Below are positions 51,637 to 61,149 of a stretch of 64,000 nucleotides of DNA, piece after piece; within the stretch, counting starts at the first letter, position 1, and each line of letters opens with the position of its first letter. The stretch lies in the NCBI GenBank assembly GCA_035631315.1, contig DASQIZ010000116.1:21189-85188 (forward strand). Direction: 5' to 3'. The position numbers were made by a program, and so were the translations under genes. The stretch is from Gemmatimonadales bacterium (GTDB lineage Bacteria; Gemmatimonadota; Gemmatimonadetes; Gemmatimonadales; GWC2-71-9). Below the pieces are notes generated by a model. The model did not search any database and was not told the origin of the DNA. It was given only the letters and a program-made list of their open reading frames with translations.

Positions 51637-54600
51637 ATGAAACCTGTAAGGTTCTTCGCGGGCGTGCTCCTGACCATAACTGGACTCGCCCCGCTCTCCG
51701 CCCAGACCGGCACGGTCCGCGGGCACGTCACGTCGAACGACGCCACGCATAGCCCCATCCCGGGCGCCTCCGTGACCGTGGGCACGCGCGGAACCCTGTC
51801 GCTGAGTGATGGCAGCTTCATCATCAGCGGTCTGCCTGCCGGCACCGATTCCCTGCGGGCACGCATCATCGGTTACGCACCACAGACCAAGTCGTTCACC
51901 CTGGCTGGCAACGACACGGTGGTCGTCGACTTTGCACTCAACGCGCAAGCCGTGAGCCTCGCCCAGGTCGTCGTGGTCGGATACGGCACGCAGAAGGCCG
52001 GCGACGTCACGACCTCGATCAAGCAGGTCTCGTCGGGGGACTTCAACCCCGGCACCGTCACCTCTCCCGCGGCGCTCATCGAAAACAAGGTGGCGGGCGT
52101 CCAGGTCGTCGACAACAACGAGCCGGGCGGTAGCATGTCGATCCGCATTCGGGGCGCGGCCTCCTCGAATGCCAGTACAGAACCGCTCTATGTCATCGAC
52201 GGCGTACCGGTGGGCAACGGCGGCGGCATCCATGTGGGCAACAGTGCCTCTGACAGCACGGACCCGCTCGGGTTCCTCAACCCGAACGACATCGAATCGA
52301 TCACCATCCTCAAGGACGCCTCGTCAGCGGCCATCTACGGCACGAACGCGTCCAACGGCGTCGTGCTCATCACCACCAAGTCCGGACACGGACGGTCGTC
52401 CGTTGAGTATGGCGGTTCGTTCTCTTCATCCTCGGTCGACCGCCTTCCGTCCATGCTCAACGCGGCCCAATTCCGCGCCGCCGTCATCGCGCACGACTCG
52501 GCGACCGGGTTCGCCCAGCTGGGCAATGCCAACACCGACTGGTTCGGGCTGATTGACCGAAATGGTCCCAGCACGCGGCATGACATCGCCCTATCGGGTT
52601 CGGGCACGACCAACAATTACCGGTTGTCGCTGGGGTATCAGAATCAGGACGGCGTCCTGCAGGGCTCCTCGAACCAGCGTATTACTATGGGTCTCCACTA
52701 TGACCAGCGCCTGTATAATGACCGCCTGGACCTGAAGGCGAACTTCAGCGGCGCGCGCGTTTACAACACGACGACGCCCGGAGGCGTGCTGTACAACGCG
52801 GCCCAAATGGGCCCGACGCAGCCGGTGTTCGATGCGACGAGCGGGACCGGGTATTACAACTGGCCTGGAAACAGCCTCACATCCCCGGACAATCCATTGG
52901 AAGTCCTGAACGGGGCCATCGATCACAGCACCACCTACCGCAGCGTGGGGAACCTCCAGGCGAAGTACGACTTCTCGCAGTTCCCGGCGCTGCAGGGGCT
53001 CACCGCGACCGCGAACCTCGGCTTCGACGTCACCAACATCGATCACGTGACGTTCTATCCGAACAACATTCACCTCGAGACCAAGAACGGCGCCGATGGC
53101 AGCTTTTTCGAAGAGACGCCGAGCCAGACGAACGCGAACCTCGACCTGTACCTGAACTATCAGCCGCAAACGTTGATGGGACCGGGCGCGATCGACTTTA
53201 CGGGCGGGTATTCATACGGATTCTCACACCAGCGGTACCCGAACATCGCCGAATCGAAGATCACGACGAACCTCCTGACCGACGGCGGCATTCCGCAATC
53301 CGCGAATCCGCCGATCCCGGGGTTGTTCGTCGACAATTCCAAGCTGATTTCGTTCTTCGGACGCGTGGGCTACAACATCGGCGACAAGTATCTCTTCAAC
53401 GCGTCCATCCGCCGCGACGGGTCGTCCAAGTTCGGCCCCGGAAATCAGTGGGGCAACTTCCCCGGCGTGTCCGCTGGCTGGCGCATTTCGCAGGAGCCCT
53501 TCTTCCACCTCGGCCCTGTGTCCGACCTGAAGCTCCGGGCGTCGTGGGGCGAGACGGGAAACCAGTCCTTCGGGAGCTACCTCTTCATAACGAGCTATCA
53601 GGCGTGTCAGTCGAGCGCCGAGGCGCAGATGGGTACCACCTTTGAGTGCCCATTCCGTCCCAATGCCGTCGACACGAGCCTCAAGTGGGAATCGACGGCC
53701 ACGACGGACCTGGGATTCGACTACGGACTGTTGAACTCGCGTCTGACCGGCTCGTTCGATTGGTACAACAAGAAGACCGATGGCTTGCTGTTCGACGTGA
53801 GCATCGACCCGGCTTCCCAACTGGCGAACCACGTCGTGACGAACATCGGGAACATGAAGAATACGGGCTTCGATTTCGATATTACGGCCCGGATGCTGGA
53901 TGCCGCACCCGGCAGCGATGGTCTCGCGTGGACGGCAAACTTCAACATGAACCACAACACCAACACGCTGCTCTCGATCAACCCGAACGCACCGGGAGTC
54001 AGCAATGACATCCGTACCGGGGGCATCGCAGGGGGTGTCGGCAGCACCATTCAGGTTCTGCAGCCGGGCTCGCCGATCAATTCGTTCTACACGTGCCAGC
54101 AGGTCTACGCCAACGGGAAGCCCACCGAGGGGACCTACGTCTTGAGCGCCGGGAAGGACACGACGGCCTGTCAGTATGGCCTGAACGTCCGCGTCTCGCA
54201 CGACCCGGCGCCGCATTGGATCTTCGGCATGACCAATACGCTGACCTACAAGCACTTCGATTTCAGCTTCACGTTGCGGGCCTGGCTCGGGAACTACGTC
54301 TACAACAACGTGGCCTCGAACCTCGGCAACTGGCGGCAGCTCACCGCCGGCAGCTCGCCGTACAACCTGCAGTCGTCGGTGCTGGCCACGAACTTCCAGA
54401 ACCAGCAGCTGCTCTCCGACTACTACGTGGAGAACGGGTCATTCCTGCGGATGGACAACATCTCCATCGGCTACACGTTCCCGTGGGCGGGTCAGGAGCT
54501 CCGGGCGTATGCCATTGTCCAGAATGCCTTTACGATTACCGGATACTCCGGGGTCGACCCGACCGCTGGCATCAACGGCATCGACAACAATATTTATCCT

Positions 54601-54642
54601 CGGTCCCGTACCATCACGGGAGGCCTCAATGTCAAATTCTGA
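51637..54642 (+). CDS. SusC/RagA family TonB-linked outer membrane protein
   Basis: ATG 51637 is preceded by GAGGAGA. Signal, CarboxypepD_reg-like N-domain (GTVRGHVTS...GASVTV), plug (ITILKDASSAAIYG) and a ~1000 aa barrel ending GGLNVKF. A SusD-like gene follows. Confidence 0.92.
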   Translation: MKPVRFFAGVLLTITGLAPLSAQTGTVRGHVTSNDATHSPIPGASVTVGTRGTLSLSDGSFIISGLPAGTDSLRARIIGYAPQTKSFTLAGNDTVVVDFALNAQAVSLAQVVVVGYGTQKAGDVTTSIKQVSSGDFNPGTVTSPAALIENKVAGVQVVDNNEPGGSMSIRIRGAASSNASTEPLYVIDGVPVGNGGGIHVGNSASDSTDPLGFLNPNDIESITILKDASSAAIYGTNASNGVVLITTKSGHGRSSVEYGGSFSSSSVDRLPSMLNAAQFRAAVIAHDSATGFAQLGNANTDWFGLIDRNGPSTRHDIALSGSGTTNNYRLSLGYQNQDGVLQGSSNQRITMGLHYDQRLYNDRLDLKANFSGARVYNTTTPGGVLYNAAQMGPTQPVFDATSGTGYYNWPGNSLTSPDNPLEVLNGAIDHSTTYRSVGNLQAKYDFSQFPALQGLTATANLGFDVTNIDHVTFYPNNIHLETKNGADGSFFEETPSQTNANLDLYLNYQPQTLMGPGAIDFTGGYSYGFSHQRYPNIAESKITTNLLTDGGIPQSANPPIPGLFVDNSKLISFFGRVGYNIGDKYLFNASIRRDGSSKFGPGNQWGNFPGVSAGWRISQEPFFHLGPVSDLKLRASWGETGNQSFGSYLFITSYQACQSSAEAQMGTTFECPFRPNAVDTSLKWESTATTDLGFDYGLLNSRLTGSFDWYNKKTDGLLFDVSIDPASQLANHVVTNIGNMKNTGFDFDITARMLDAAPGSDGLAWTANFNMNHNTNTLLSINPNAPGVSNDIRTGGIAGGVGSTIQVLQPGSPINSFYTCQQVYANGKPTEGTYVLSAGKDTTACQYGLNVRVSHDPAPHWIFGMTNTLTYKHFDFSFTLRAWLGNYVYNNVASNLGNWRQLTAGSSPYNLQSSVLATNFQNQQLLSDYYVENGSFLRMDNISIGYTFPWAGQELRAYAIVQNAFTITGYSGVDPTAGINGIDNNIYPRSRTITGGLNVKF

Positions 54643-54685
54643 GACGTTGCTCGCCGCCCGCACTTCCGGGAAACGGAGCGGACAC

Positions 54686-56281
54686 ATGTTCAGCACTCGC
54701 GCCAAGGCGCTCGGCATCACCGTCGCACTCGCCATTCTGGCTGTCGGCGCGTGCACCGATCCGACGGAGAACCCCGTGAGCACGGTGACGGGAGCGAACT
54801 TCTTCAACGACCCGACGTCGTATAAGGAGTTCCTCGCCAAGCTCTATGTCGGCCTCGCGGTCGGCGGACAGGATGGTGGGGATGGCAGTACCGACATCAA
54901 TCAGATCGACGGCGGGTTCTCCCAATACATGCGTCTCTACTGGGAGATGGAAGAGTTGCCCACTGACGAAGCGGTCATCGCCTGGGGCGACGTAACCCTG
55001 CCGGAGATGAACACACAGGGCTGGACCGCCTCCAATACGTTCGTCAACGCGATGTACTATCGCGTGTTCTTCCAGGTGAACATGGCGAACCAGTTCCTGC
55101 GCGAGACGACAGACGCGAAGCTCGCGTCCCGCGGACAGACTGCCCTGGAGGATTCGGTGCACATGTACCGGGCCGAAGCCCGCTTCCTTCGGGCGCTCTC
55201 CTACTGGCACGGGATCGACTTCTTTGGAAGCATTCCCCTGGTGACGGAAAACGATGTGCTCGGCGTGCTGCCCAAGCAGGCGACCCGGACGCAGATTTAC
55301 GACTTCGTGGTGAGCGAGCTGCAAGCGATCAAGAGCCAGCTCCCCGCACCGGGGCCGAACGTGTATGGCCGCGCGACTGGACCGGCCGCCGACATGCTGC
55401 TCGCCGAGCTCTACCTGAACGCCGGCGTGTACACCGGCACGCCGAACTACGCCGGGGCGCTTTCCGAGGCCTCAACCGTGATCGCCGACGGGTACAGCCT
55501 TGCGTCGAACTACTTCTACAATTTTGACGCCGACAACAACACGTCCCCCGAACTCATCTTCTCGGTTCCGGAGGATGGGATCCACACCCAGACGTACGGC
55601 TCCACGAACTTCATCATTCATGCCTCGTGCGGGAATTCGATGAGCCCGGCGAGCTACGGCGTGGACGGTTGCTGGTATGGCCTACGGATGAAGCCGGAGG
55701 CGCACGATCTCTACATCGCCGGCGACGGCCGCGCCAACAACTTCTTCACGACCGGCCAGACGGTCGCCATCACAGATCTCAAGAACTTCGGACAGGGCAT
55801 CCCGAATCCGAAGTTCTCGAACAAGACGCACCTGGGCGCGAACGGCTCCAACATTTCGTTCGCGGACACCGACTTCCCGATGTTCCGTCTGGGTGAGGCG
55901 TACCTGATCTACGCCGAGGCGCAGGTGCGCGGCGGCGGTGGTGACACCACCACCGCACTGTCGTACGTGAATGCGCTGCGTGAACGGGCCTTCGGGAACA
56001 CCGCCCACGACGTCGTTGACAGCCAGATGACGCTGCCCTTCCTGCTGGCGGAGCGCGGCCGTGAGTTGATGTGGGAGGCGCACCGCCGTACCGATCTGGT
56101 CCGCTTCGGCGAGTTCACCGGCGGGACCTATCTCTGGGCCTGGAAGGGCTCGAATGCGTACTACGGCGGCTCGGTGGGTGATTCCACACCAGTGGCCACG
56201 CCGGCGTATCGCGATCTGTATCCGCTCCCGCAGAACGTGCTGGTCGCTAACCCGAACATGAAACAGAATCCGGGTTACTGA
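54686..56281 (+). CDS. SusD/RagB family nutrient-binding lipoprotein
   Basis: ATG 54686 is preceded by GGAG. Lipoprotein signal MFSTRAKALGITVALAILAVGAC. SusD-like helices (RAEARFLRALSYWH, EAYLIYAEA). Confidence 0.9.
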   Translation: MFSTRAKALGITVALAILAVGACTDPTENPVSTVTGANFFNDPTSYKEFLAKLYVGLAVGGQDGGDGSTDINQIDGGFSQYMRLYWEMEELPTDEAVIAWGDVTLPEMNTQGWTASNTFVNAMYYRVFFQVNMANQFLRETTDAKLASRGQTALEDSVHMYRAEARFLRALSYWHGIDFFGSIPLVTENDVLGVLPKQATRTQIYDFVVSELQAIKSQLPAPGPNVYGRATGPAADMLLAELYLNAGVYTGTPNYAGALSEASTVIADGYSLASNYFYNFDADNNTSPELIFSVPEDGIHTQTYGSTNFIIHASCGNSMSPASYGVDGCWYGLRMKPEAHDLYIAGDGRANNFFTTGQTVAITDLKNFGQGIPNPKFSNKTHLGANGSNISFADTDFPMFRLGEAYLIYAEAQVRGGGGDTTTALSYVNALRERAFGNTAHDVVDSQMTLPFLLAERGRELMWEAHRRTDLVRFGEFTGGTYLWAWKGSNAYYGGSVGDSTPVATPAYRDLYPLPQNVLVANPNMKQNPGY

Positions 56282-56294
56282 TTCCTGGGGAACC

Positions 56295-56343
56295 GGACCG
56301 GGGCTCCGCCACGATGGCGGCGGAGCCCCGGTTCTTTATTTTT
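56295..56343 (+). terminator. intrinsic terminator between susD-like and alpha-amylase genes
   Basis: Perfect 13-bp stem CCGGGGCTCCGCC (56298-56310) / GGCGGAGCCCCGG (56319-56331), 8-nt loop, then TTCTTTATTTTT. Confidence 0.75.
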
Positions 56344-56352
56344 GGGTCCTCA

Positions 56353-57933
56353 ATGGTCATGTCTCGCCGCCTCCTACTCCTAGCCACCATCGCCGCCTGC
56401 TCCAAGGGGCCGCTGATGCCCACGCAAACCGGCGGGCCTCCCCCGCCACGCCCCAGCCTGCCGCAGACCTACATCCCGTCGGGACACGCCGCCGCTGGGG
56501 ATGTCTTCGTCCATCTCTTCGAGTGGAAGTGGACCGACATCGCGTCGGAGTGCGAGAAGGTGCTGGCACCGGCGGGCTTCACTGCAGTGCAGGTTTCTCC
56601 ACCCCAGGAGCACAGTATCACACCCAGTTACGACTGGAGTGAGCGCTATCAACCGGTAGAGTACAGCGTCGCCCTATCGCGCTCGGGAGACAGTGCGCAG
56701 TTCGTGGACATGGTGACCCGCTGCAAGAACGTGGGTGTGGGCATCTACGTGGACGCCGTCATCAACCACATGACCAACTTCCCCAGCCCAGGTGTGGGAT
56801 CGAATGGCACGAGCTACTCGAAATACAGCTATCCCGGCCTCTATAGCAGCAGCGACTTCCATCAGCCGCCCTGCACGGTGACGGACTACTCGGACGCGGC
56901 CAACGTGCAGGACTGCGAGCTCCTGAGCCTCCCCGACCTGAACACCGAAAAGGTGTCGGTCCGTCACAAAATCGCGAACTACCTGATCTATCTGGTCGAC
57001 CTGGGCGTCGCGGGCTTCCGGATCGATGCGGCCAAGCACATCCAGCAGGTCTCACTCGACAGCATCTTCTGGATCGTCGACTCCGCCGTGAAGGCCCAGG
57101 GCAAGCCCCTGCCCTACTACTTCCTCGAAGTCTCGTCGGGCTTCGGCGAAGCCCTGTCGCCCCGGGACTACTTCGGCGAGGGGTACTCCTCCGGGGCGTC
57201 GTCCGACATCACCGAGTTCACCTTTACCGGCGTCGGCGACAAGTTCCTCGAAAAACCAGGCCAGTACATCGCCCAGCTCAACCCGAACGGCTCTCCGGGC
57301 AATCAGTTCTCGGAGACCGCCTGGGGCCTCATGCCCTCCGACAAGGCCGTCGTGTTCCTGCAGAATCACGACACCCAGCATACCGACGGCACCATCAGCT
57401 ATCGTGACGGCGCCGTCTTCCGGCTCGCCAACGTCTGGATGCTGGCTCAACCATACGGATATCCGTCCATCCTCTCGAGCTACGCGTTCCAGCGGCCCGC
57501 CGAGAACAGCATGGGGCCGCCGGGAGACGCGACGGGCCATACGTACGACGTCACTTGCGCCGCCAACCCCGACTCCGCCACCGACGGACAATGGGTCTGT
57601 GAGCACCGGGAGCCGTACATCCTCCACATGGTGGCGTTCCGGAAACTGGTCGCCGGCACCAACCAGAATCACTGGTGGGACAATGGGTCCGAGGCCATCG
57701 CGTTCTCGCGGGGGAGCCTGGGCTTCGTGGCCATCAACCGGGAAGACTCTGCCGTCGCCGCCACGATTGCGACCGGGATGGCGGCTGGTCACTACTGCGA
57801 TCTCTTGACCGGCGGGCGCTCGGGGACCACTTGCGTCGGCACCCTGATCACCGTCGATTCGACCCATGAAATCGCAGTGAACCTGACTGCCAAGACGGCC
57901 ATCGCGATCGATACGGCCTCCGAGGTCCCGTGA
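56353..57933 (+). CDS. GH13 alpha-amylase (animal/actinobacterial type), lipoprotein
   Basis: ATG 56353 gives MVMSRRLLLLATIAACS. FVHLFEWKWTDIASECE, YVDAVINHM, GFRIDAAKHI, YFLEV and FLQNHDTQ are GH13 conserved regions I-IV. Confidence 0.9.
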   Translation: MVMSRRLLLLATIAACSKGPLMPTQTGGPPPPRPSLPQTYIPSGHAAAGDVFVHLFEWKWTDIASECEKVLAPAGFTAVQVSPPQEHSITPSYDWSERYQPVEYSVALSRSGDSAQFVDMVTRCKNVGVGIYVDAVINHMTNFPSPGVGSNGTSYSKYSYPGLYSSSDFHQPPCTVTDYSDAANVQDCELLSLPDLNTEKVSVRHKIANYLIYLVDLGVAGFRIDAAKHIQQVSLDSIFWIVDSAVKAQGKPLPYYFLEVSSGFGEALSPRDYFGEGYSSGASSDITEFTFTGVGDKFLEKPGQYIAQLNPNGSPGNQFSETAWGLMPSDKAVVFLQNHDTQHTDGTISYRDGAVFRLANVWMLAQPYGYPSILSSYAFQRPAENSMGPPGDATGHTYDVTCAANPDSATDGQWVCEHREPYILHMVAFRKLVAGTNQNHWWDNGSEAIAFSRGSLGFVAINREDSAVAATIATGMAAGHYCDLLTGGRSGTTCVGTLITVDSTHEIAVNLTAKTAIAIDTASEVP

Positions 57934-59501
57934 AGCGACGTCTCTCCATCGCCGCCCTCGCGCTTCTCCCACACGCACTGCTCAGCCAACAACCCGCCCC
58001 TCGCTGGACGCACGGCGCCACCTGCTATGAGGTGTTCGTCCGGTCGTTCTTCGATTCGAACGGAGACGGCGTGGGGGACTTGAACGGGCTCACGGCAAAG
58101 CTCGACTACATCAAAGGCCTGGGGGTCCGCTGCATCTGGTTGATGCCCGTTGCCGAGTCGCCGTCGTATCACGGGTACGACGTGTCGAACTACTACAAGG
58201 TCGAGCCCGCCTATGGAACGAATGACGACTTCAAACACATGGTCGCGGCGGCCCATCAACGCGGGCTGAAGATCATCGTCGACATGGTCTTGAATCATTC
58301 GTCCGACCAGCACCCCTACTTTCAGGCGGCCCTCCACGACACGACGTCTCCCTATCGCAGCTGGTACATCTTCTCGAAAACCGATGGCGGGAAGGGGCCG
58401 TGGGGAGCGCCGGCGTGGCACAAGTCGCCGGTCTACGACGAGTACTACTACGGGATTTTCTACTCGGGGATGCCCGATCTGAACTACAACACTCCGGCGG
58501 TGCGCGCCGAGGGGATGAAGATCGCGGATTTCTGGACGAAGCAGATGGGGGTGGACGGGTTCCGGCTCGACGCGGTGCAGTACCTGATGGAGGATGGACC
58601 GTGCCTGAAGGACTGCGAGGGGACCCATCAGTATCTGAGGGAGTACGGCAGACACCTCCACGCCATCAATCCCAATGCCTATGCGGTCGGGGAGGTCTGG
58701 GATCCCGTCGACACCCTGCTCACCTACTATCCCGATCAGCTGACGTCGTACTTCACCTTCGCGCCTTCGGATTCGCTGCTCTGGGCCGTCAAGCGCGATA
58801 CGGTCGGCGGGCTGCTGGATACCTGGCTCAAGCTCCAGAGCGCGATTCCGGACCAGCGGTATGGCACGTTGCAGCGCAACCACGACGAGACCCGCACCCT
58901 CACGATCCTTGGCGGCGACCTCGTCGGTGCGCGCCTCTCGGCGACCCTGCTCCTCACCTTGCCTGGCGAGCCCTACATCTATTACGGCGAAGAGCTCGGC
59001 ATGGTTGGAGACAAGCCCGACCCGCGCCTGCGGACGCCGATGCAATGGACGGGAGCGACAGGCGGAGGCTTCACGACGGGGACGCCATGGGAAACGCTGC
59101 AGTCCGACACCACCACCGCCAATGTCGCGGTGCAGGACAAGGACCCAGGCTCACTCCTCAATCTCTATCGGACGCTCATCCATCTAAGGGGGACCAACGG
59201 GGCTCTGGCCGAGGGAAAGCTCGTCGCGCTGAATTCAGGTGACCCCGGTGTGGCTGCCTATCTCCGCCGGGGAAGAAATCACACCGCCATGGTGGTGGTG
59301 AACCTGAGCACGGTCGCGAAAACGCTCTCGATCAACTCGGGAAACGGAGCGGTTGCTCCCGGGTCGTACCGGTCATTGGACCTGATGACCAACAAGAAGG
59401 GGGCGCCCTTCACGGTCGGGAAGGACGGGGCCCTCGCGGGCTACGCGGCAACCGTTCCTGCGAGATCCAGCTTGATCTTGGAATTGGTGAGAAAAAACTA
59501 G
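57930..59501 (+). CDS. GH13 alpha-amylase-family glycosidase (oligo-glucosidase/neopullulanase-like)
   Basis: GTGA overlap with the amylase stop. YEVFVRSFFDSNGDGVGDLNG, VDMVLNHSS, GFRLDAVQY, GEVW and RNHDE. Confidence 0.88.
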   Translation: MKRRLSIAALALLPHALLSQQPAPRWTHGATCYEVFVRSFFDSNGDGVGDLNGLTAKLDYIKGLGVRCIWLMPVAESPSYHGYDVSNYYKVEPAYGTNDDFKHMVAAAHQRGLKIIVDMVLNHSSDQHPYFQAALHDTTSPYRSWYIFSKTDGGKGPWGAPAWHKSPVYDEYYYGIFYSGMPDLNYNTPAVRAEGMKIADFWTKQMGVDGFRLDAVQYLMEDGPCLKDCEGTHQYLREYGRHLHAINPNAYAVGEVWDPVDTLLTYYPDQLTSYFTFAPSDSLLWAVKRDTVGGLLDTWLKLQSAIPDQRYGTLQRNHDETRTLTILGGDLVGARLSATLLLTLPGEPYIYYGEELGMVGDKPDPRLRTPMQWTGATGGGFTTGTPWETLQSDTTTANVAVQDKDPGSLLNLYRTLIHLRGTNGALAEGKLVALNSGDPGVAAYLRRGRNHTAMVVVNLSTVAKTLSINSGNGAVAPGSYRSLDLMTNKKGAPFTVGKDGALAGYAATVPARSSLILELVRKN

Positions 59502-59518
59502 AAAAGTCGCCCCACGTT

Positions 59519-60841
59519 TTATCTTTCCAACACCACTGCCCCATAGGCCGGCAAATCCAGCGTGTCGCTCGTGGCGACGACGTTGGTCAGGAGATTAGTC
59601 GCCCCCTTCACGCGGTAGCCATTCACCGTGGTCGTGATGGGATGATTCCGGGCGTTGACCACGACGAGCGCCTCGCCTCTCGTGTAGGCGATCAAGTCGT
59701 TCGGCGCACCCGTCCCGACCTCGGCCAGTTGCCCCAGGAAGAACGCCGGATCAGTCAGATCGAGCTCGATGATCCGGTGATAAAAGGGCAGCGCGCTCTT
59801 GTCGGGCTGGTCCCACTGAATCGGCTGTTTCAGGAAGATGCCCAACGTCTGTGGTGACTCGACCTCCTGCCCATTGTAGATCTCCGGCCTGCCCGGCAGC
59901 AGCGCCTCGGCCACATATGCCGCCCGCGCGCCTGGCGCTCCGCCGAAGAGGACGACGGGCGGTTTATCCCATGCGGTCTCGTCGTGATTCGTCGTAAACC
60001 GCATCCGCGCGCCGCCCCTCGGCATCGCCTTCTGATCGGCGATCTCGCGTTCCACCCACGCGGAGGCCGGCTTCCCCTTCCACACGTCCTTCAACCCGCC
60101 GTACGAGTCCCATGCGTACGTGAGATCGAACCCCAGGCGGTGCATCTTCAGATCGCCCCACTCCGCCAGGAGCATGATCGACTGGCGAGCGTCGGCCCGC
60201 AGAGCCGGAATGCACTCCTGCCAGAAGGCATCGGGCACGAATCCCGCCGCATCCATCCGGAAGCCGTCGATCTGGTAGGTGTCGATCCAATACTCCATCG
60301 CCGCGATCATCGCCTTCCGCAGGTCCGGATTCTTGTAGTCGAGCTGGGCAACGTCGGTCCAGTCGGTGAGATGACCCTGCGGATCCACTGGAACCGAGAT
60401 CTTCCCGCTGTCGTTGTGCACGTACCAGTCGGGATGCGCCGTGATCCAGGGATTGTCCCAGGCGGTGTGATTCGGCACCCAGTCGAGAATGACGTGCATC
60501 CCGCGATTGTGCGCGGCGCGCAGCAGATCGCGGAAATCGCTCGCGGTGCCGAAGGCCGGATTGATCGCTTCGTAATTCTGGACCGCGTAGGGTGAGCCCA
60601 GTTCGCCCTTGTGGTTCAGCACACCGACCGGATAAATCGGCATCAGCCAGATGACATTTGCGCCCACGGTCTGGATCCGGTCGAGCCCCGCGGTCACACC
60701 CTTCAGGTCACCCGATGGTGAGAAGTCGCGGACGAATACTTCGTACACGGCGCTGCGCTGGACCCAGGAGGTGTCGGGAGCGGTTTGCGCGGCGAGCGTT
60801 GCGAACGGCATCGCCGTGAGAAGAAGTAGCGGTTTTCTCAT
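59519..60841 (-). CDS. GH13 alpha-amylase-family glycosidase, secreted
   Basis: ATG 60839-60841 (MRKPLLLLTAMPFATLAAQ). YEVFVRDFSPSGDLKG, LDWVPNHTA, GFRMDAAGF, AEWG and TNHDE. Confidence 0.88.
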   Translation of the reverse strand: MRKPLLLLTAMPFATLAAQTAPDTSWVQRSAVYEVFVRDFSPSGDLKGVTAGLDRIQTVGANVIWLMPIYPVGVLNHKGELGSPYAVQNYEAINPAFGTASDFRDLLRAAHNRGMHVILDWVPNHTAWDNPWITAHPDWYVHNDSGKISVPVDPQGHLTDWTDVAQLDYKNPDLRKAMIAAMEYWIDTYQIDGFRMDAAGFVPDAFWQECIPALRADARQSIMLLAEWGDLKMHRLGFDLTYAWDSYGGLKDVWKGKPASAWVEREIADQKAMPRGGARMRFTTNHDETAWDKPPVVLFGGAPGARAAYVAEALLPGRPEIYNGQEVESPQTLGIFLKQPIQWDQPDKSALPFYHRIIELDLTDPAFFLGQLAEVGTGAPNDLIAYTRGEALVVVNARNHPITTTVNGYRVKGATNLLTNVVATSDTLDLPAYGAVVLER

Positions 60842-61047
60842 GGACGGGAATCTACGGGGGGGCACTAGCGGAGGCGAGCGGCGGTCCCCGGAGTCGGCCT
60901 CTGTGCCCATCTCTTAGACGCGCGCAGCCGCTTGGTAGTGCGCACGGCAGACGACGGAGGGGGTCGCCGCTCGCCTCCGCCCACGAGCAGGATGCCTGGA
61001 ACCAGCAGCGCCGTGAGTCCCTCCGGCCGCTGCCGTGGGCACTGCCT

Positions 61048-61057
61048 GAAACGTTTC
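61048..61057. promoter_or_regulatory. 10-bp palindrome GAAACGTTTC (LacI-family-like operator core) between divergent GH13 and GH97 genes
   Basis: Perfect palindrome with the AANCGNTT core. A related GAACGTTTC lies at 51523-51531, upstream of the susC-like -35. Confidence 0.35.
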
Positions 61058-61149
61058 GGGCTCCTGGGAAACGCCCACAGAGGCGGCCTCCGGAACCCAC
61101 GGCACTGCTGGTTCTAGCACTCGCTGAGAAGCTCCTCTAGCTTCTCGCC

